In this document: positions 12,401 through 21,400 of the stretch, in pieces
How positions within the stretch are numbered: the stretch's first letter is position 1
Layout: each line of letters starts with the position of its first letter
Origin: a virus
Lineage: Duplodnaviria; Caudoviricetes
Virus record (IMG/VR): IMGVR_UViG_3300043410_002285
Coordinates: 1-57,769 of that record
DNA length: 57,769 bases
Direction: 5' to 3' (one strand)
Notes under the pieces: generated by a model
What the model saw: the letters and a program-made list of their open reading frames with translations, nothing else
Told to the model about the DNA's origin: nothing
The model's database searches: none
Made by a program: the position numbers and the translations under genes

Positions 12401-15400
12401 ACCAGATGTACCACTTGTTGCGCTTGAACCAGAAGATGCGCTTAATCCAGAAGATCCTGCTGTTCCTGAAGTAGCCGAACTACCAGAAGTTGCAGACGAG
12501 CCCGAATTTGCACTTAAGCCGCTTGTACCGTTAGTACCTGAAGTTGCTGAAGAACCAGAACTTGCAGATGTTCCTGAAGAAGCGGATACCCCTGAAGAAC
12601 CAGCTGAACCTGTAGAACCTGAAGTTCCAGATGTTGCTGAAGTACCTGCACTACCAGCTGAACCACTCAATGCTGAGCTACCAGAAGTACCAGTAGTACC
12701 TGATGTAGCTGAAGATCCTGATGTAGCTGAAGAACCACTATTACCTGATAAACCAGATGTTCCATTAGAACCAGCGGAACCTGAAGTTGCTGAAGTTCCT
12801 GATGAAGCACTTGATCCACTATTTGCTGAAGAACCTGAAGTACCAGCAGAACCAGAACTACCAGATGTACCTGAAGTCGCACTTGATCCTGAAGAACCTG
12901 AAGTTCCAGAACTATTACTATTACCTGAAGAACCAGCGGTGCCAGAACTTGCGCTTGATCCTGAAGAACCAGAAGTTCCTGATGTTGCGGAAGAACCAGC
13001 AGATCCACTTGATCCACTATTTGAACTTAAACCTGAAGTACCATTTGTACCTGAAGTTGCACTTGATCCAGAAGATGCTGATGTACCTGAAGAAGCGGAT
13101 GCTCCTGAAGTTCCATTAGAACCTGTAGACCCTGAAGTTCCACTTGTAGCTGAACTACCTGAAGAAGAACTCAATCCACTTGAACCAGCAGTACCTGAAG
13201 TAGCTGAACTACCTGAAGTTGCGGAAGAACCTGAATTAGCTGATAAACCACTTGTACCATTTGTACCTGAAGTTGCAGAACTACCACTTGACGCAGATGT
13301 TCCTGAAGATGCTGAAGCACCACTTGAACCAGCTGTTCCTGAAGATGCGCTAGAACCAGCAGAACCACTTGTTCCTGAAGTTGCTGAACTACCAGATGTA
13401 GCACTTGATCCACTATTAGCACTCAACCCTGAAGTACCGTTTGTACCAGATGTAGCTGAACTACCACTTGATGCGGATGTACCTGAAGAAGCTGAAGCTC
13501 CTGAAGTACCGTTTGAACCAGCAGAACCACTTGTTCCTGAAGAAGCTGAAGATCCGCTTGAACCACTTAAAGCTGAAGAACCGTTTGAACCAGACGTTCC
13601 TGAAGTTGCGCTTGATCCTGATGTAGCTGATGAACCTGAGTTAGCTGACAAACCTGAAGTACCATTCGTACCCGAAGTTGCTGAAGATCCACTAGAACCA
13701 GCTGTTCCAGAAGATGCGGAAGCACCACTTGAACCGTTAGAACCTGTTGAACCTGAAGTACCTGATGTAGCACTTGATCCTGAAGATGAACTCAATCCTG
13801 AAGAACCAGCAGTACCACTTGTAGCCGAACTTCCACTTGTAGCTGAAGATCCACTATTAGCTGATAAACCACTTGTACCATTTGTTCCACTTGTAGCTGA
13901 ACTACCCGAAGAACCTGACGTACCAGAACTACTACTATTTGCACTAGAACCTGAAGTACCAGCGGAACCAGAACTACCAGATGTACCTGAAGTTCCTGAA
14001 GATCCGCTTGAACCTGAAGTTCCTGAACTATTACTATTACCTGAAGAACCCGCAGTTCCTGAAGAAGCTGAACTACCTGAAGAACCTGAAGTTCCACTTG
14101 TAGCTGAACTACCTGAAGTTGCTGAAGACCCACTATTTGCACTCAATCCGCTTGTACCATTTGTTCCACTTGTTGCTGAAGAACCAGAAGACGCAGATGT
14201 TCCTGAAGAAGCTGATGCACCTGAAGAACCATTAGAACCAGTTGATCCTGAAGTCCCACTTGTAGCTGAACTACCTGAAGATGAACTTAATCCTGAACTA
14301 CCTGAACTACCAGATGTACCTGATGTAGCTGATGAACCTGATGTAGCTGAAGAGCCTGAATTAGCTGATAAACCTGAAGTACCATTTGTACCACTAGTTG
14401 CAGATGAACCAGAACTTGCTGACGTTCCTGAAGAAGCAGATGCTCCCGAAGAACCTGCTGATCCCGAAGAACCAGCTGTTCCCGAAGTAGCTGAACTACC
14501 CGAAGATGCGGATAAACCACTAGAGCCCGCTGTACCTGAAGTAGCACTTGAGCCACTTGATGCGGATGAACCGCTATTTGAACTTAATCCTGAAGTACCA
14601 TTTGTACCTGAGGTAGCAGAACTACCTGAAGAACCTGAAGTACCAGAACTATTACTATTACCACTTGAACCAGATGTACCTGAAGATGCTGAACTACCTG
14701 AAGAACCTGATGTTCCGCTTGTAGCTGAAGATCCTGATGTAGCTGATGAACCTGAGTTAGCACTCAATCCTGATGTACCATTTGTTCCACTTGTAGCTGA
14801 ACTACCTGAAGAACCAGAGGTGCCTGAAGATGAAGATGCACCAGAAGAACCGTTTGAACCAGTTGATCCTGATGTACCTGAAGTTGCGGATGAACCACTT
14901 GATGAAGATAAACCACTTGAACCAGCCGTACCGCTTGTTGCTGATGATCCAGATGTAGCTGAACTACCACTATTTGCACTTAAACCACTTGTACCATTTG
15001 TACCTGAAGTTGCACTTGAACCACTTGATGCGGATGTTCCTGAAGAAGCGGATGCTCCTGAAGAACCTGATGTACCACTTGTTGCTGAGCTTCCTGAAGA
15101 AGCACTTAAACCACTTGAACCTGCTGTACCTGAAGTAGCAGAAGATCCTGAAGTTGCTGAAGACCCACTATTTGCACTTAAACCACTCGTACCATTTGTA
15201 CCAGAGGTTGCGGATGAACCACTTGATGCAGAAGTCCCTGAAGATGCTGACGCACCACTTGAACCAGCTGAACCTGAAGTTGCACTTGTACCTGAAGATG
15301 CTGATGATCCACTTGATGCACTTAAACCAGAAGAACCAGCTGAACCTGAAGTAGCTGAAGATCCACTTGTTGCGGATGAACCACTATTAGCACTCAAACC

Positions 15401-18400
15401 TGAAGTACCATTTGTACCAGAGGTAGCACTTGAACCAGAAGTTGCAGAACTACCTGAAGATGCTGATGCGCCTGAAGAAGCTGAACTACCTGATGTACCA
15501 GAAGTTCCACTTGTTGCAGATGAACCTGATGTTGCGGATGAACCGCTATTTGCTGACAACCCTGAGGTACCATTTGTACCTGAAGTTGCAGATGAACCTG
15601 AAGATGCGCTTGAGCCGCTTGAACCTGAAGCACCGCTTGTAGCTGAAGATCCAGCTGAACCTGATGTTCCTGAAGAAGCACTTGTTCCTGAAGATGCTGA
15701 TGATCCTGATGTTCCACTTGAAGCGGATGTACCAGCGGAACCAGAAGTTCCTGAGGTAGCCGAACTACCGCTTGTTGCTGATGAACCTGAATTTGCGCTT
15801 AATCCTGAAGTACCATTTGTACCGCTTGTTGCTGATGAACCACTAGATCCACTTGTTCCAGAAGAAGCTGATGCACCTGAAGAACCAGATGTACCTGAAG
15901 ATGCTGAGGAACCAGAACTTGCTGAAGCACCTGAACTACCAGAAGTTCCTGATGTACCATTTGAACCTGATGAAGCTGAAGAACCAGAAACACCAGACCT
16001 ACCCGACTCACCAGAAGTACCATTGGTACCACTTGTTGCTGAAGAACCACTTGAACCAGCTGTTCCTGAAGATGCTGAAGCACCACTTGAACCAGCTGTT
16101 CCTGAAGAACCTGCCGAACCAGATGTACCTGATGTAGCGGATGAACCGCTGTTAGAACTTAAACCTGAAGTACCATTTGTACCTGAAGATGCGGATGAGC
16201 CTGAAGTCGCACTTGATCCGCTTGATGCTGAAACACCACTTGAACCAGCTGTTCCTGAAGATGCGCTTGTACCTGAACTTGCTGAAGAACCAGAACTTGC
16301 ACTTAAACCACTTGAACCAGCTGTTCCTGACGTAGCTGATGTTCCTGAAGAACCCGCAGAACCACTTAATGCACTTAAACCAGAGGTACCATTTGTACCT
16401 GAGGTTGCTGAAGATCCACTTGTTGCTGAAGATCCACTATTACCTGATAATCCTGAAGTTGCGGATGAACCAGATGATCCTGAAGTTCCTGAAGAACCAG
16501 CAGAACCTGAAGACCCTGATGAATTACTATTACCTGAAGAACCCGAAGTTCCTGATGTTGCTGAAGAACCAGATGAACCAGAGCTTGCTGATAAACCACT
16601 TGAACCAGCCGTTCCTGATGTTGCTGAAGAACCAGAGCTTGCGCTTGATCCACTTTCACCACTCAATCCATTTGTACCGTTTGTACCTGTACTACCAGAA
16701 GATCCTGAAGAACCAGAAGATCCTGAATCAGCACTTTGACCTGAAGTACCTTTTGAACCTGAACTAGCAGCAGATCCGCTTGAACCTGAAGTTCCTGAAG
16801 ATGCTGATACACCTGAAGAACCAGATGTTCCTGACGTAGCGGAGCTACCTGATGTAGCTGAAGACCCACTATTTGCGGATAAACCACTTGTACCATTTGA
16901 ACCTGATGTAGCTGAAGACCCACTTGTTGCTGAAGACCCACTGTTTGCTGACAAACCTGAGGTACCATTAGTACCAGTGGAACCTGATGAACCTGAAGAT
17001 CCTGATGAACCTGAACTATCTGAAGTTGCTGATGAACCACTTGATCCTTTAGTACCTGAAGTTGCTGATGAACCTGAAGTTGCTGATGAACCACTCGCCC
17101 CACTAACACCACTTGTTCCGTTTGAACCAGAAGTACCACTAACACCACTTGTTCCTCTAGTACCCTCAACACCAGAAGTACCATCTGTACCTGAAGAACC
17201 ACTTTCACCACTTACACCTGAATCACCAGAAACACCTGATGTACCAGCGGTACCATCAGATCCAGATGAACCTGAAGATGCTGAAGATCCACTATTTGAA
17301 CTCAGCCCTGAAGTACCATTAGAACCAGTTGATCCTGAACTACCAGATGTTGCAGATGAACCGCTATTACCAGATAAACCACTTGTACCATTTGTACCAG
17401 TGGAACCTGATGAACCTGATGAACCTGAAGATCCAGATAATTGACTTGAACCGTCACCACCACTTGTACCGTTAGTACCAGTAGATCCTGATGAACCAGA
17501 TGAACCAGATAATTGACTTAAAGCGTCAAGACCAGCCGTACCATTTGTACCTGAAGTCGCAGAAGTTCCTGAAGATGCTGATGCACCAGATGAACCTGAT
17601 GTACCAGTTGAACCACTACTACCATCAGAACCTGATGTACCAGCTGTTGCTGATGTACCTGATGTACCTGAATAACCAGATAAACCATCAATCATAACAC
17701 CAACTTGCTTAGCAACAACAATTATTGAAGGTGCTGCTGGTTTTGTATATGGTGATGATAATGCTGGAACAGCTGTTAATTGAACATTACCATTAGATGA
17801 TGCAAATAATATTTCAACATAATCACCAGCATTAAAATTAGATATAATAGAAACAAATGGTAAATTTTTTGAACTGTTTGAAACAAGGTCTAAAATAGAA
17901 TCTGTTCTAATTATATCGGTACCATTTTTTCTTATCCAAATATCAACACTAGCCGAAGAACCACCTTGTGTTTTTTCAATTTGTGGTGAATAACCTATTT
18001 CATATACACCTGTATTATTAAATGTAATTTGTGAACTACTTACAACACTTATTTCATTTGAAATTTCTGTTGTATCATACGTAATAACAGTTGGGGTATT
18101 AGGTCCTGAAACTACTTGTGTTTGTGTACTACTAAATGAACCATAATAGTTAGCACCAGTTGCTGAAACACCTGATGTACCCGCACTACCTGCGGTAGCT
18201 GATGAACCTGATGTTCCTGAAGATGCTGAAGAACCAGCTGAACCTGATGTTCCACTTGTTACACCTGAATAAGTTATTGAACCCATCTCACCCGTTGTAG
18301 GGTCATAGGTAACTAAATTTGTTGGTGTTGGATCATTAGTTATACCTGATACAACTATACCACCTTCAATAATTATACCGCTACGTATTATATGTTCATT

Positions 18401-18406
18401 TGCCAT
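3497..18406 (-). CDS. Giant (4969 aa) Gly/Ala-X-Y Ser/Thr-rich tail fibre with C-terminal peptidase S74 intramolecular chaperone
   Basis: About 4600 aa of triplet repeats (GSS/GTS/ATS/GTN). C-terminus AYSDERVKDNI...GVNY...MGVVAQEVQKIVPEV...VAYANLVGLLIEAIKDL is the autocleaving chaperone of trimeric phage fibres. Confidence 0.88.
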   Translation of the reverse strand: MANEHIIRSGIIIEGGIVVSGITNDPTPTNLVTYDPTTGEMGSITYSGVTSGTSGSAGSSASSGTSGSSATAGSAGTSGVSATGANYYGSFSSTQTQVVSGPNTPTVITYDTTEISNEISVVSSSQITFNNTGVYEIGYSPQIEKTQGGSSASVDIWIRKNGTDIIRTDSILDLVSNSSKNLPFVSIISNFNAGDYVEILFASSNGNVQLTAVPALSSPYTKPAAPSIIVVAKQVGVMIDGLSGYSGTSGTSATAGTSGSDGSSGSTGTSGSSGASASSGTSATSGTNGTAGLDALSQLSGSSGSSGSTGTNGTSGGDGSSQLSGSSGSSGSSGSTGTNGTSGLSGNSGSSATSGSSGSTGSNGTSGLSSNSGSSASSGSSGSDGTAGTSGVSGDSGVSGESGSSGTDGTSGVEGTRGTSGVSGTSGSNGTSGVSGASGSSATSGSSATSGTKGSSGSSATSDSSGSSGSSGSSGSTGTNGTSGLSANSGSSATSGSSATSGSNGTSGLSANSGSSATSGSSATSGTSGSSGVSASSGTSGSSGSAASSGSKGTSGQSADSGSSGSSGSSGSTGTNGTNGLSGESGSSASSGSSATSGTAGSSGLSASSGSSGSSATSGTSGSSGNSNSSGSSGSAGSSGTSGSSGSSATSGLSGNSGSSATSGSSATSGTNGTSGLSALSGSAGSSGTSATSGTAGSSGLSASSGSSASSGTSASSGTAGSSGVSASSGSSATSGSSASSGTNGTSGLSSNSGSSATSGTSGSAGSSGTAGSSGASASSGTAGSSGSSATSGTNGTSGESGRSGVSGSSASSGSNGTSGTSGSSGASASSGSSASSGTSGSSGASASSGTSGSSGSSATSGTNGTSGLSANSGSSATSGSSATSGTSGSAGTSASSGTSGSSASSGTSASSGTSGSAGSSATSGASGSSGSSASSGSSATSGTNGTSGLSANSGSSATSGSSATSGTSGTSGSSASSGASASSGSSATSGSSATSGTNGTSGLSANSGSSATSGSSATSGSAGSSGLSASSGSSASSGTSATSGSAGSSGASASSGTSASSGSSATSGTNGTSGLSANSGSSATSGSSATSGTAGSSGLSASSGSSATSGTSGSSGASASSGTSASSGSSATSGTNGTSGLSANSGSSATSGSSATSGTAGSSGLSSSSGSSATSGTSGSTGSNGSSGASSSSGTSGSSGSSATSGTNGTSGLSANSGSSATSGSSATSGTSGSSGSSASSGTSGSSGNSNSSGTSGSSGSSATSGTNGTSGLSSNSGSSASSGSSATSGTAGSSGLSASSGSSATSGTAGSSGSAGSSGASASSGTSASSGSSATSGTNGTSGLSANSGSSATSGSSATSGTSGSSGSSGLSSSSGSSATSGTSGSTGSNGSSGASASSGTSASSGSSATSGTNGTSGLSANSGSSATSGSSATSGTSGSSGSSASSGTAGSSGNSNSSGTSGSSGSSGTSGTSGSSGSAGTSGSSANSSSSGTSGSSGSSATSGTNGTSGLSANSGSSATSGSSATSGTAGSSGLSSSSGSSATSGTSGSTGSNGSSGASASSGTAGSSGSSATSGTNGTSGLSANSGSSATSGSSATSGTSGSNGSSALSGSSGSSASSGTSGSAGSNGTSGASASSGTSASSGSSATSGTNGTSGLSANSGSSATSGSSATSGTSGSAGSSASSGTAGSSGASASSGTSASSGSSATSGTNGTSGLSANSGSSATSGSSATSGTAGSSGLSSSSGSSATSGTSGSTGSNGTSGASASSGTSASSGSSATSGTNGTSGLSSNSGSSGSAGSSATSGTSGSSGSSASSGTAGSSGNSNSSGTSGSSGSSATSGTSGSSGSAGTSGSSANSGSSASSGTSATSGSAGSNGTSGLSGNSGSSATSGSSATSGTTGTSGSSALSGSAGSAGTSATSGTSGSTGSAGSSGVSASSGTSASSGSSATSGTNGTSGLSANSGSSATSGSSATSGTAGSSGLSASSGSSATSGTSGSTGSNGSSGASASSGTSASSGSSATSGTNGTSGLSANSGSSATSGSSATSGSSGTAGSSALSGSSATSGTSATSGSAGSAGTSGLSANSGSSATSGSSATSGTTGTSGRSGDSGSSGSSGSSATSGTAGSSGLSASSGSSATSGTSGSTGSAGSSGASASSGSSATSGTNGTSGLSANSGSSATSGSSATSGTTGSSGLSASSGSSATSGTSGSTGSNGSSGASASSGTSASSGSSATSGTAGSSGLSANSGSSATSGSSATSGTSGTAGSSGLSASSGSAGTSATSGTSGSSGSSGSAGTDGQSALSKSSGTSGSSGSSGSTGTNGTSGLSSNSGSSGTSATSGTSGTNGTIGESARSTSSGTSGTSGSTGTNGTNGQSANSGSSATAGSSATSGTNGTSGLSALSGSSGSSASSGTSATSGTSGSSGSAGTSGSSALSGSAGSSATSGTSGSTGSNGTSGLSGNSGSSATSGSSATSGTTGTSGSSALSGSAGSSATSGTSGTSGSSALSGSAGSSASSGTSGSSGSNGTSGLSGNSGSSATAGSSATSGTSGSSGQSGLSGSSGSAGTSATSGTSGSSGSSGSAGTDGLSALSKSSGTSGTSGSSGSTGTNGTSGLSSNSGSSATSGSSATSGTSGTSGSSASSGSAGTSGNSNSSGTSGSSGSSASSGTSGSSGSNGTSGLSGNSGSSATAGSSATSGTSGTSGSSALSGSAGSSATSGTSGTSGSSALSGSAGSSATSGTSGTSGSNGTSGQSGNAGSSATSGSSATSGTAGTSGLSQLSGSSGSAGTSATSGTSGSSGSSGSAGTDGVSALSKSSGTSGSSGSSGSTGTNGTSGLSSNSGSSATSGSSATSGTSGSNGTSGLSANSGSSATSGSSATSGTTGTSGSSALSGSAGSSATSGTSGTSGSSGASASSGSSATSGSSATSGTVGTSGLSQLSGSSGSAGTSATSGTSGSSGSSGSAGTDGASALSKSSGTSGSSGSSGSTGTNGTSGLSGNSGSSATAGSSATSGTTGTSGSSALSGSAGSSATSGTSATSGSNGTSGASANSGSSATSGSSATSGTAGTSGVSQLSGSSGSAGTSATSGTSGSSGSSGSAGTDGASALSKSSGTSGSSGSTGTNGTSGLSGNSGSSATAGSSATSGTSGTSGSAASSGTSGSSGASASSGTSGSSGSSATSGTSGSAGSNGTSGQSGNSGSSATSGSSATSGTAGTSGLSQLSGSSGSSATSGTSGTNGSSALSGSSGSAGTSATSGTSGSSGSSGSAGTDGASALSKSSGTSGSSGSSGSTGTNGTSGLSANSGSSATAGSSATSGTSGTSGSSASSGTAGSSGNSNSSGTSGSSGSSATSGTSGSSGSNGTSGLSANSGSSATSGSSATSGSAGTSGQSGLSGSAGSSATSGTSGTSGQSGLSGSSGSAGTSATSGTSGSSGSSGSAGTDGASALSKSSGTSGSSGSTGTNGTSGLSANSGSSATSGSSATSGTVGTSGVSQLSGSSGSSATSGTSGTSGSSGSSGSAGTDGQSALSKSSGTSGSSGSSGSTGTNGTSGLSGNSGSSATSGSSATSGTSGTSGSAASSGTSGSSGASASSGTSGSSGSSATSGTSGSAGTSGQSGLSGSAGSSGTSATSGTSGSSGSSGSAGTDGQSALSKSSGTSGSSGSTGTNGTSGLSGNSGSSATSGSSATSGTVGTSGQSALSGSAGSAGTSATSGTSGSSGSSGSAGTDGASALSKSSGTSGSSGSSGSTGTNGTSGNAGNSGLSSTSGSSATSGSSGTNGTAGQSSNSGSAGSSGTSATSGTAGSSGLSQLSGSSGSAGTSATSGTSGSSGSSGSAGTDGQSGLSKSSGTSATSGSSGSNGTSGLSANSGSSATSGSSATSGTVGTSGVSQLSGSSGSAGTSATSGTSGSSGSSGSAGTDGASALSKSSGTSGSSGSSGSTGTSGTSGLSQLSGSSGSAGTSATSGTSGSSGTSGSAGTSGSSANSGSSASSGTSGSSGSTGTNGTSGLSGNSGSSATSGSSATSGTNGTSGQSGLSGSSGLSATSATSGTGGTNGSGGRGGNSNTSGSSGTSGTSGADGLAGSSANSATSATSGSNGTAGTSGLTVPSGLSSASGTSGTSGSSGTSGTTGNNGLSQLSGSAGTSGSSGTNGTAGTNGLAVPSGLSTASGSSGSSGTNGTNGAAGNIGASALSGSSGSSGSTGTTGTAGNSGLSQLSGSSASSGSSGTNGTAGLSRLSGSSGTSGSSGTDGTTGNNGASRLSGSSGTSGSSGTDGTSGANRTSGSSSNSGSSGTSGSNGTSGNAGNSGASNNSGSSGTSGSSGTNGTLGNNGASNNAGSSGTSGSSGTNGTGGTSGLAVPSGLSTASGSSGSSGTNGTNGVAGNNGNSALSGSSGSTGTNGTSGNAGNNGNSANSGSSGSSGSTGTTGTAGNNGGSANSGLSGSSGSSGSTGTAGTNGLMVGSGLSTASGSSGSSGTNGTNGVAGNNGNSGLSGTNGSTGTNGNNGANGNSGNSGLSGSSGSTGTNGTSGNAGNIGASALSGSSGSTGTNGTSGNNGINGNSGNSGLSGSNGSNGTSGNNGANGNSGLSGTSGSNGTTGNNGNAGGNGASAVSGTSGTSGSTGTSGTTGAGGASRLSDSSGTSGSSGTSGSTGTNGTSGNNGINGNSGNSGSSGTNGTTGNTGNNGANGASGTSGVNGPNGTSGANGTSGTSGAGTSGVGANGTSGANGSSGTSGTSGTSGRLGTSGLSTNNGSSATSGTDGTSGRNGTQGTSGNNGASGANGNSGTSAVNGSNGTSGAAGTSGQSINGTSGISGGSFTNQPDYLVRTTGTATVQSVSFLKVDITNTRLGINNASPSYTLDVGGTIYASGDVTAYSDERVKDNIVTISDALNKVRSMRGVNYTRNDIEDKSLKMGVVAQEVQKIVPEVISVREDNGHLSVAYANLVGLLIEAIKDLDKEIQDLKK
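3950..17686 (-). repeat. Coding low-complexity 9-nt-period repeat of fibre 1
   Basis: Degenerate units such as CCTGAAGTA/CCTGAAGAA/GCTGAAGAA on +; higher-order modules such as GTNGTSGLSANSGSSATSGSSATSG. Boundaries approximate. Confidence 0.95.
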
Positions 18407-18475
18407 TTGCTATTTCTGTTAATTTCTTGCTTATATAAATATAAAATTGTTTTAAATAATCTCAAGATTTGTTAA

Positions 18476-21400
18476 TTATTTTAATAATAATTTTACTGAA
18501 TATATTATTTCATATTGATCGTTATCACTTGCGTTTATTATTAAGTTAAAATCATCTGGTGAATTATAACTTGTTCTAAATTCACAATTACCCGTTACCC
18601 CACCAATACTTGTTGTTGATGTGTCATCATGAGTAACTAAAGAATTATTATGAGTTGATCTAAATGTGCCAACTCTATGACCACCGCTTGTGATATTTTG
18701 AATAGCATAATCAATAACTAAACCAGCTATATGAGATGCGTTAAATGTTTTAATTATTGTGCTAGTTGGTGACCCACCTGAAACGTTATAAATATCGGAA
18801 TATAAAGCTTGTTTTTGCCCAATTGTTATTGCATTAAAAGCAGATAGATATTTAAAATCATCACTTAAAACCTGGAATCTGTTATTAGCGTAATCCCAAA
18901 TAATAAGATTATTTTGACTTGCAACGTTATCAATATCAACACCAATTGTTATATCATTTGTTAATGCCCCACCACCAGTTAAAGGTGCCTGTACATTTAC
19001 ATTAACATATGTACCATTTGTACCCACATTACCGCTTATACCTGAAGTTCCTGAAGATCCAGCGCTACCGCTTGATCCAGAAGTACCCGAAGAACCTGAT
19101 AATGAACTACCACCATAAGTACCACCAGAACCTGATGTACCTGAAGATCCTGATGTACCAGTTGAACCACTGTCACCTGATGTACCTGATGTACCAGTGC
19201 TACTAGAATTACCTGAAGATCCTGATGTACCAGTTGAACCACTGTCACCTGAAGTTCCATTTGAACCTGTTGATCCTGAATCACCAGATGTACCATTTGA
19301 ACCCGTACTACCTGAATCACCTGAAGAACCTGATGTACCACTACTATTACTTTCACCAGCAGAACCTGAAGTACCAGTTGAACCTGAGCTACCTGAAGAA
19401 CCTGAAGTTCCTGAAGATGTTGATTCACCTGAAGAACCTGATGTACCAGTTGATCCCGAATCACCTGAAGTTCCGTTTGAACCAGTAGAACCTGAGTCAC
19501 CTGAAGAACCAGATGTACCAGTTGATCCGCTATCCCCTGAAGTTCCATTTGAACCAGTTGATCCGCTATCACCACTTGAACCTGAAGAACCTGTTGAACC
19601 AGAGTCACCTGATGAACCATCAGAACCATTTGAACCTGAAGTTCCTGAAAAACCAGACTCACCATTTAAGCCACTTAAACCTGAAGAACCTGAAGAACCC
19701 GTACTACCCGCAGAACCTGATTCACCAGATGTACCATTAGAACCTGTTGATCCAGAATCACCACTTGTTCCTGAAGAACCAGTACTACCTGAATCACCTG
19801 AAGAACCGTCTGAACCTGTTGATCCAGACTCACCGCTCATACCTGAAGTACCAAATGAACCATCAGCTCCTGAGGAACCGTCTGAACCTGTTGATCCTGA
19901 TTCCCCTGAAACACCAGATGAACCATAAGATCCATCTTCACCTGATGTACCTGATGTACCTGTTGAACCACTTTCAGCACTTATACCATTTGTACCTGTT
20001 GAACCAGATTCCCCTGAAGTTCCTGATGTACCTGTTGATGAAGAATCACCTGATGTACCATTAGAACCAGTTGAGCCAGAGTCACCTGATGTACCATTAG
20101 AACCAGTTGAGCCAGAGTCACCTGAAGAACCTGATGTACCCGTACTACCTGAGTCACCACTTGTTCCCGAAGAACCCGTACTACCTGAATCACCTGAAGA
20201 ACCATTAGAACCAGATGAACCGCTTTCGCCTGATGTACCGTCAGAACCTGTAGAACCAGACTCTCCGCTCATACCTGAAGTACCATAAGACCCATCCTCA
20301 CCAGAAGTACCAGATGAACCAGTTGAACCACTTTCACCAGAAACACCGCTTGTACCATAAGAACCATCAGCTCCTGAAGTACCATCAGAACCAGTTGATC
20401 CCGATTCACCTGAAATACCAGAAGTTCCGTTTGAACCATTATCACCTGAAGTACCAGATGTACCTGTTGAACCACTTTCAGCACTTATACCATTTGTACC
20501 CGCTGAACCTGATTCACCAGATGTACCTGATGTACCTGTTGATGAAGAATCACCTGAAGTACCATTTGAACCAGTACTACCAGACTCTCCGCTTATACCT
20601 GAAGTACCATAAGAACCATCAGCTCCTGAAGAACCGTCAGAACCAGTACTTCCACTTTCGCCACTTATACCTGAAGTTCCGTTAGAACCGTCATAACCAC
20701 TACTACCATCACTACCAGTTGATCCTGATTCACCTGAAATACCCGAAGTACCATTTGAACCATCTGCTCCTGAAGAACCGTCAGACCCTGTTGATCCAGA
20801 TTGTCCGCTTACACCAGAAGTTCCATTAGAACCGTTATTACCTGAAGTACCGTTTGTTCCAGAAGAACCTGAAGCTCCGCTTTCACCATTTAAACCACTT
20901 ATACCTGAAGAACCTGAAGAACCAGTTGATCCTGAAGAACCACTTTCTCCTGATTCACCATTTGTACCAAAAGAACCATTTTCACCACTTGTACCTGAAG
21001 AACCAGTAGACCCTGATTCAGCTGAAATACCACTTGTACCAAATGATCCATCATTACCCGATGTACCATCAGAACCAGTACTTCCACTTTCGCCAGAAAC
21101 ACCTGAAGTTCCGTAAGAACCATCTGCTCCTGAAGAGCCATCAGAACCTGTAGATCCGCTCTCACCAGATTGCCCAGAAGTACCGAATGATCCATCATTA
21201 CCACTTGATCCATCGCTTCCTGTTGAACCAGATTCTCCGCTCACACCTGATGTACCAAATGATCCGTTATTACCTGATGTACCATCAGATCCTGTACTAC
21301 CAGATTCCCCTGAAATACCAGAAGTACCTTCAGTACCATCTTCACCCGAAGTTCCTGATGTACCTGTACTACCCGATGCTGCTGACCTACCAGAAGTACC

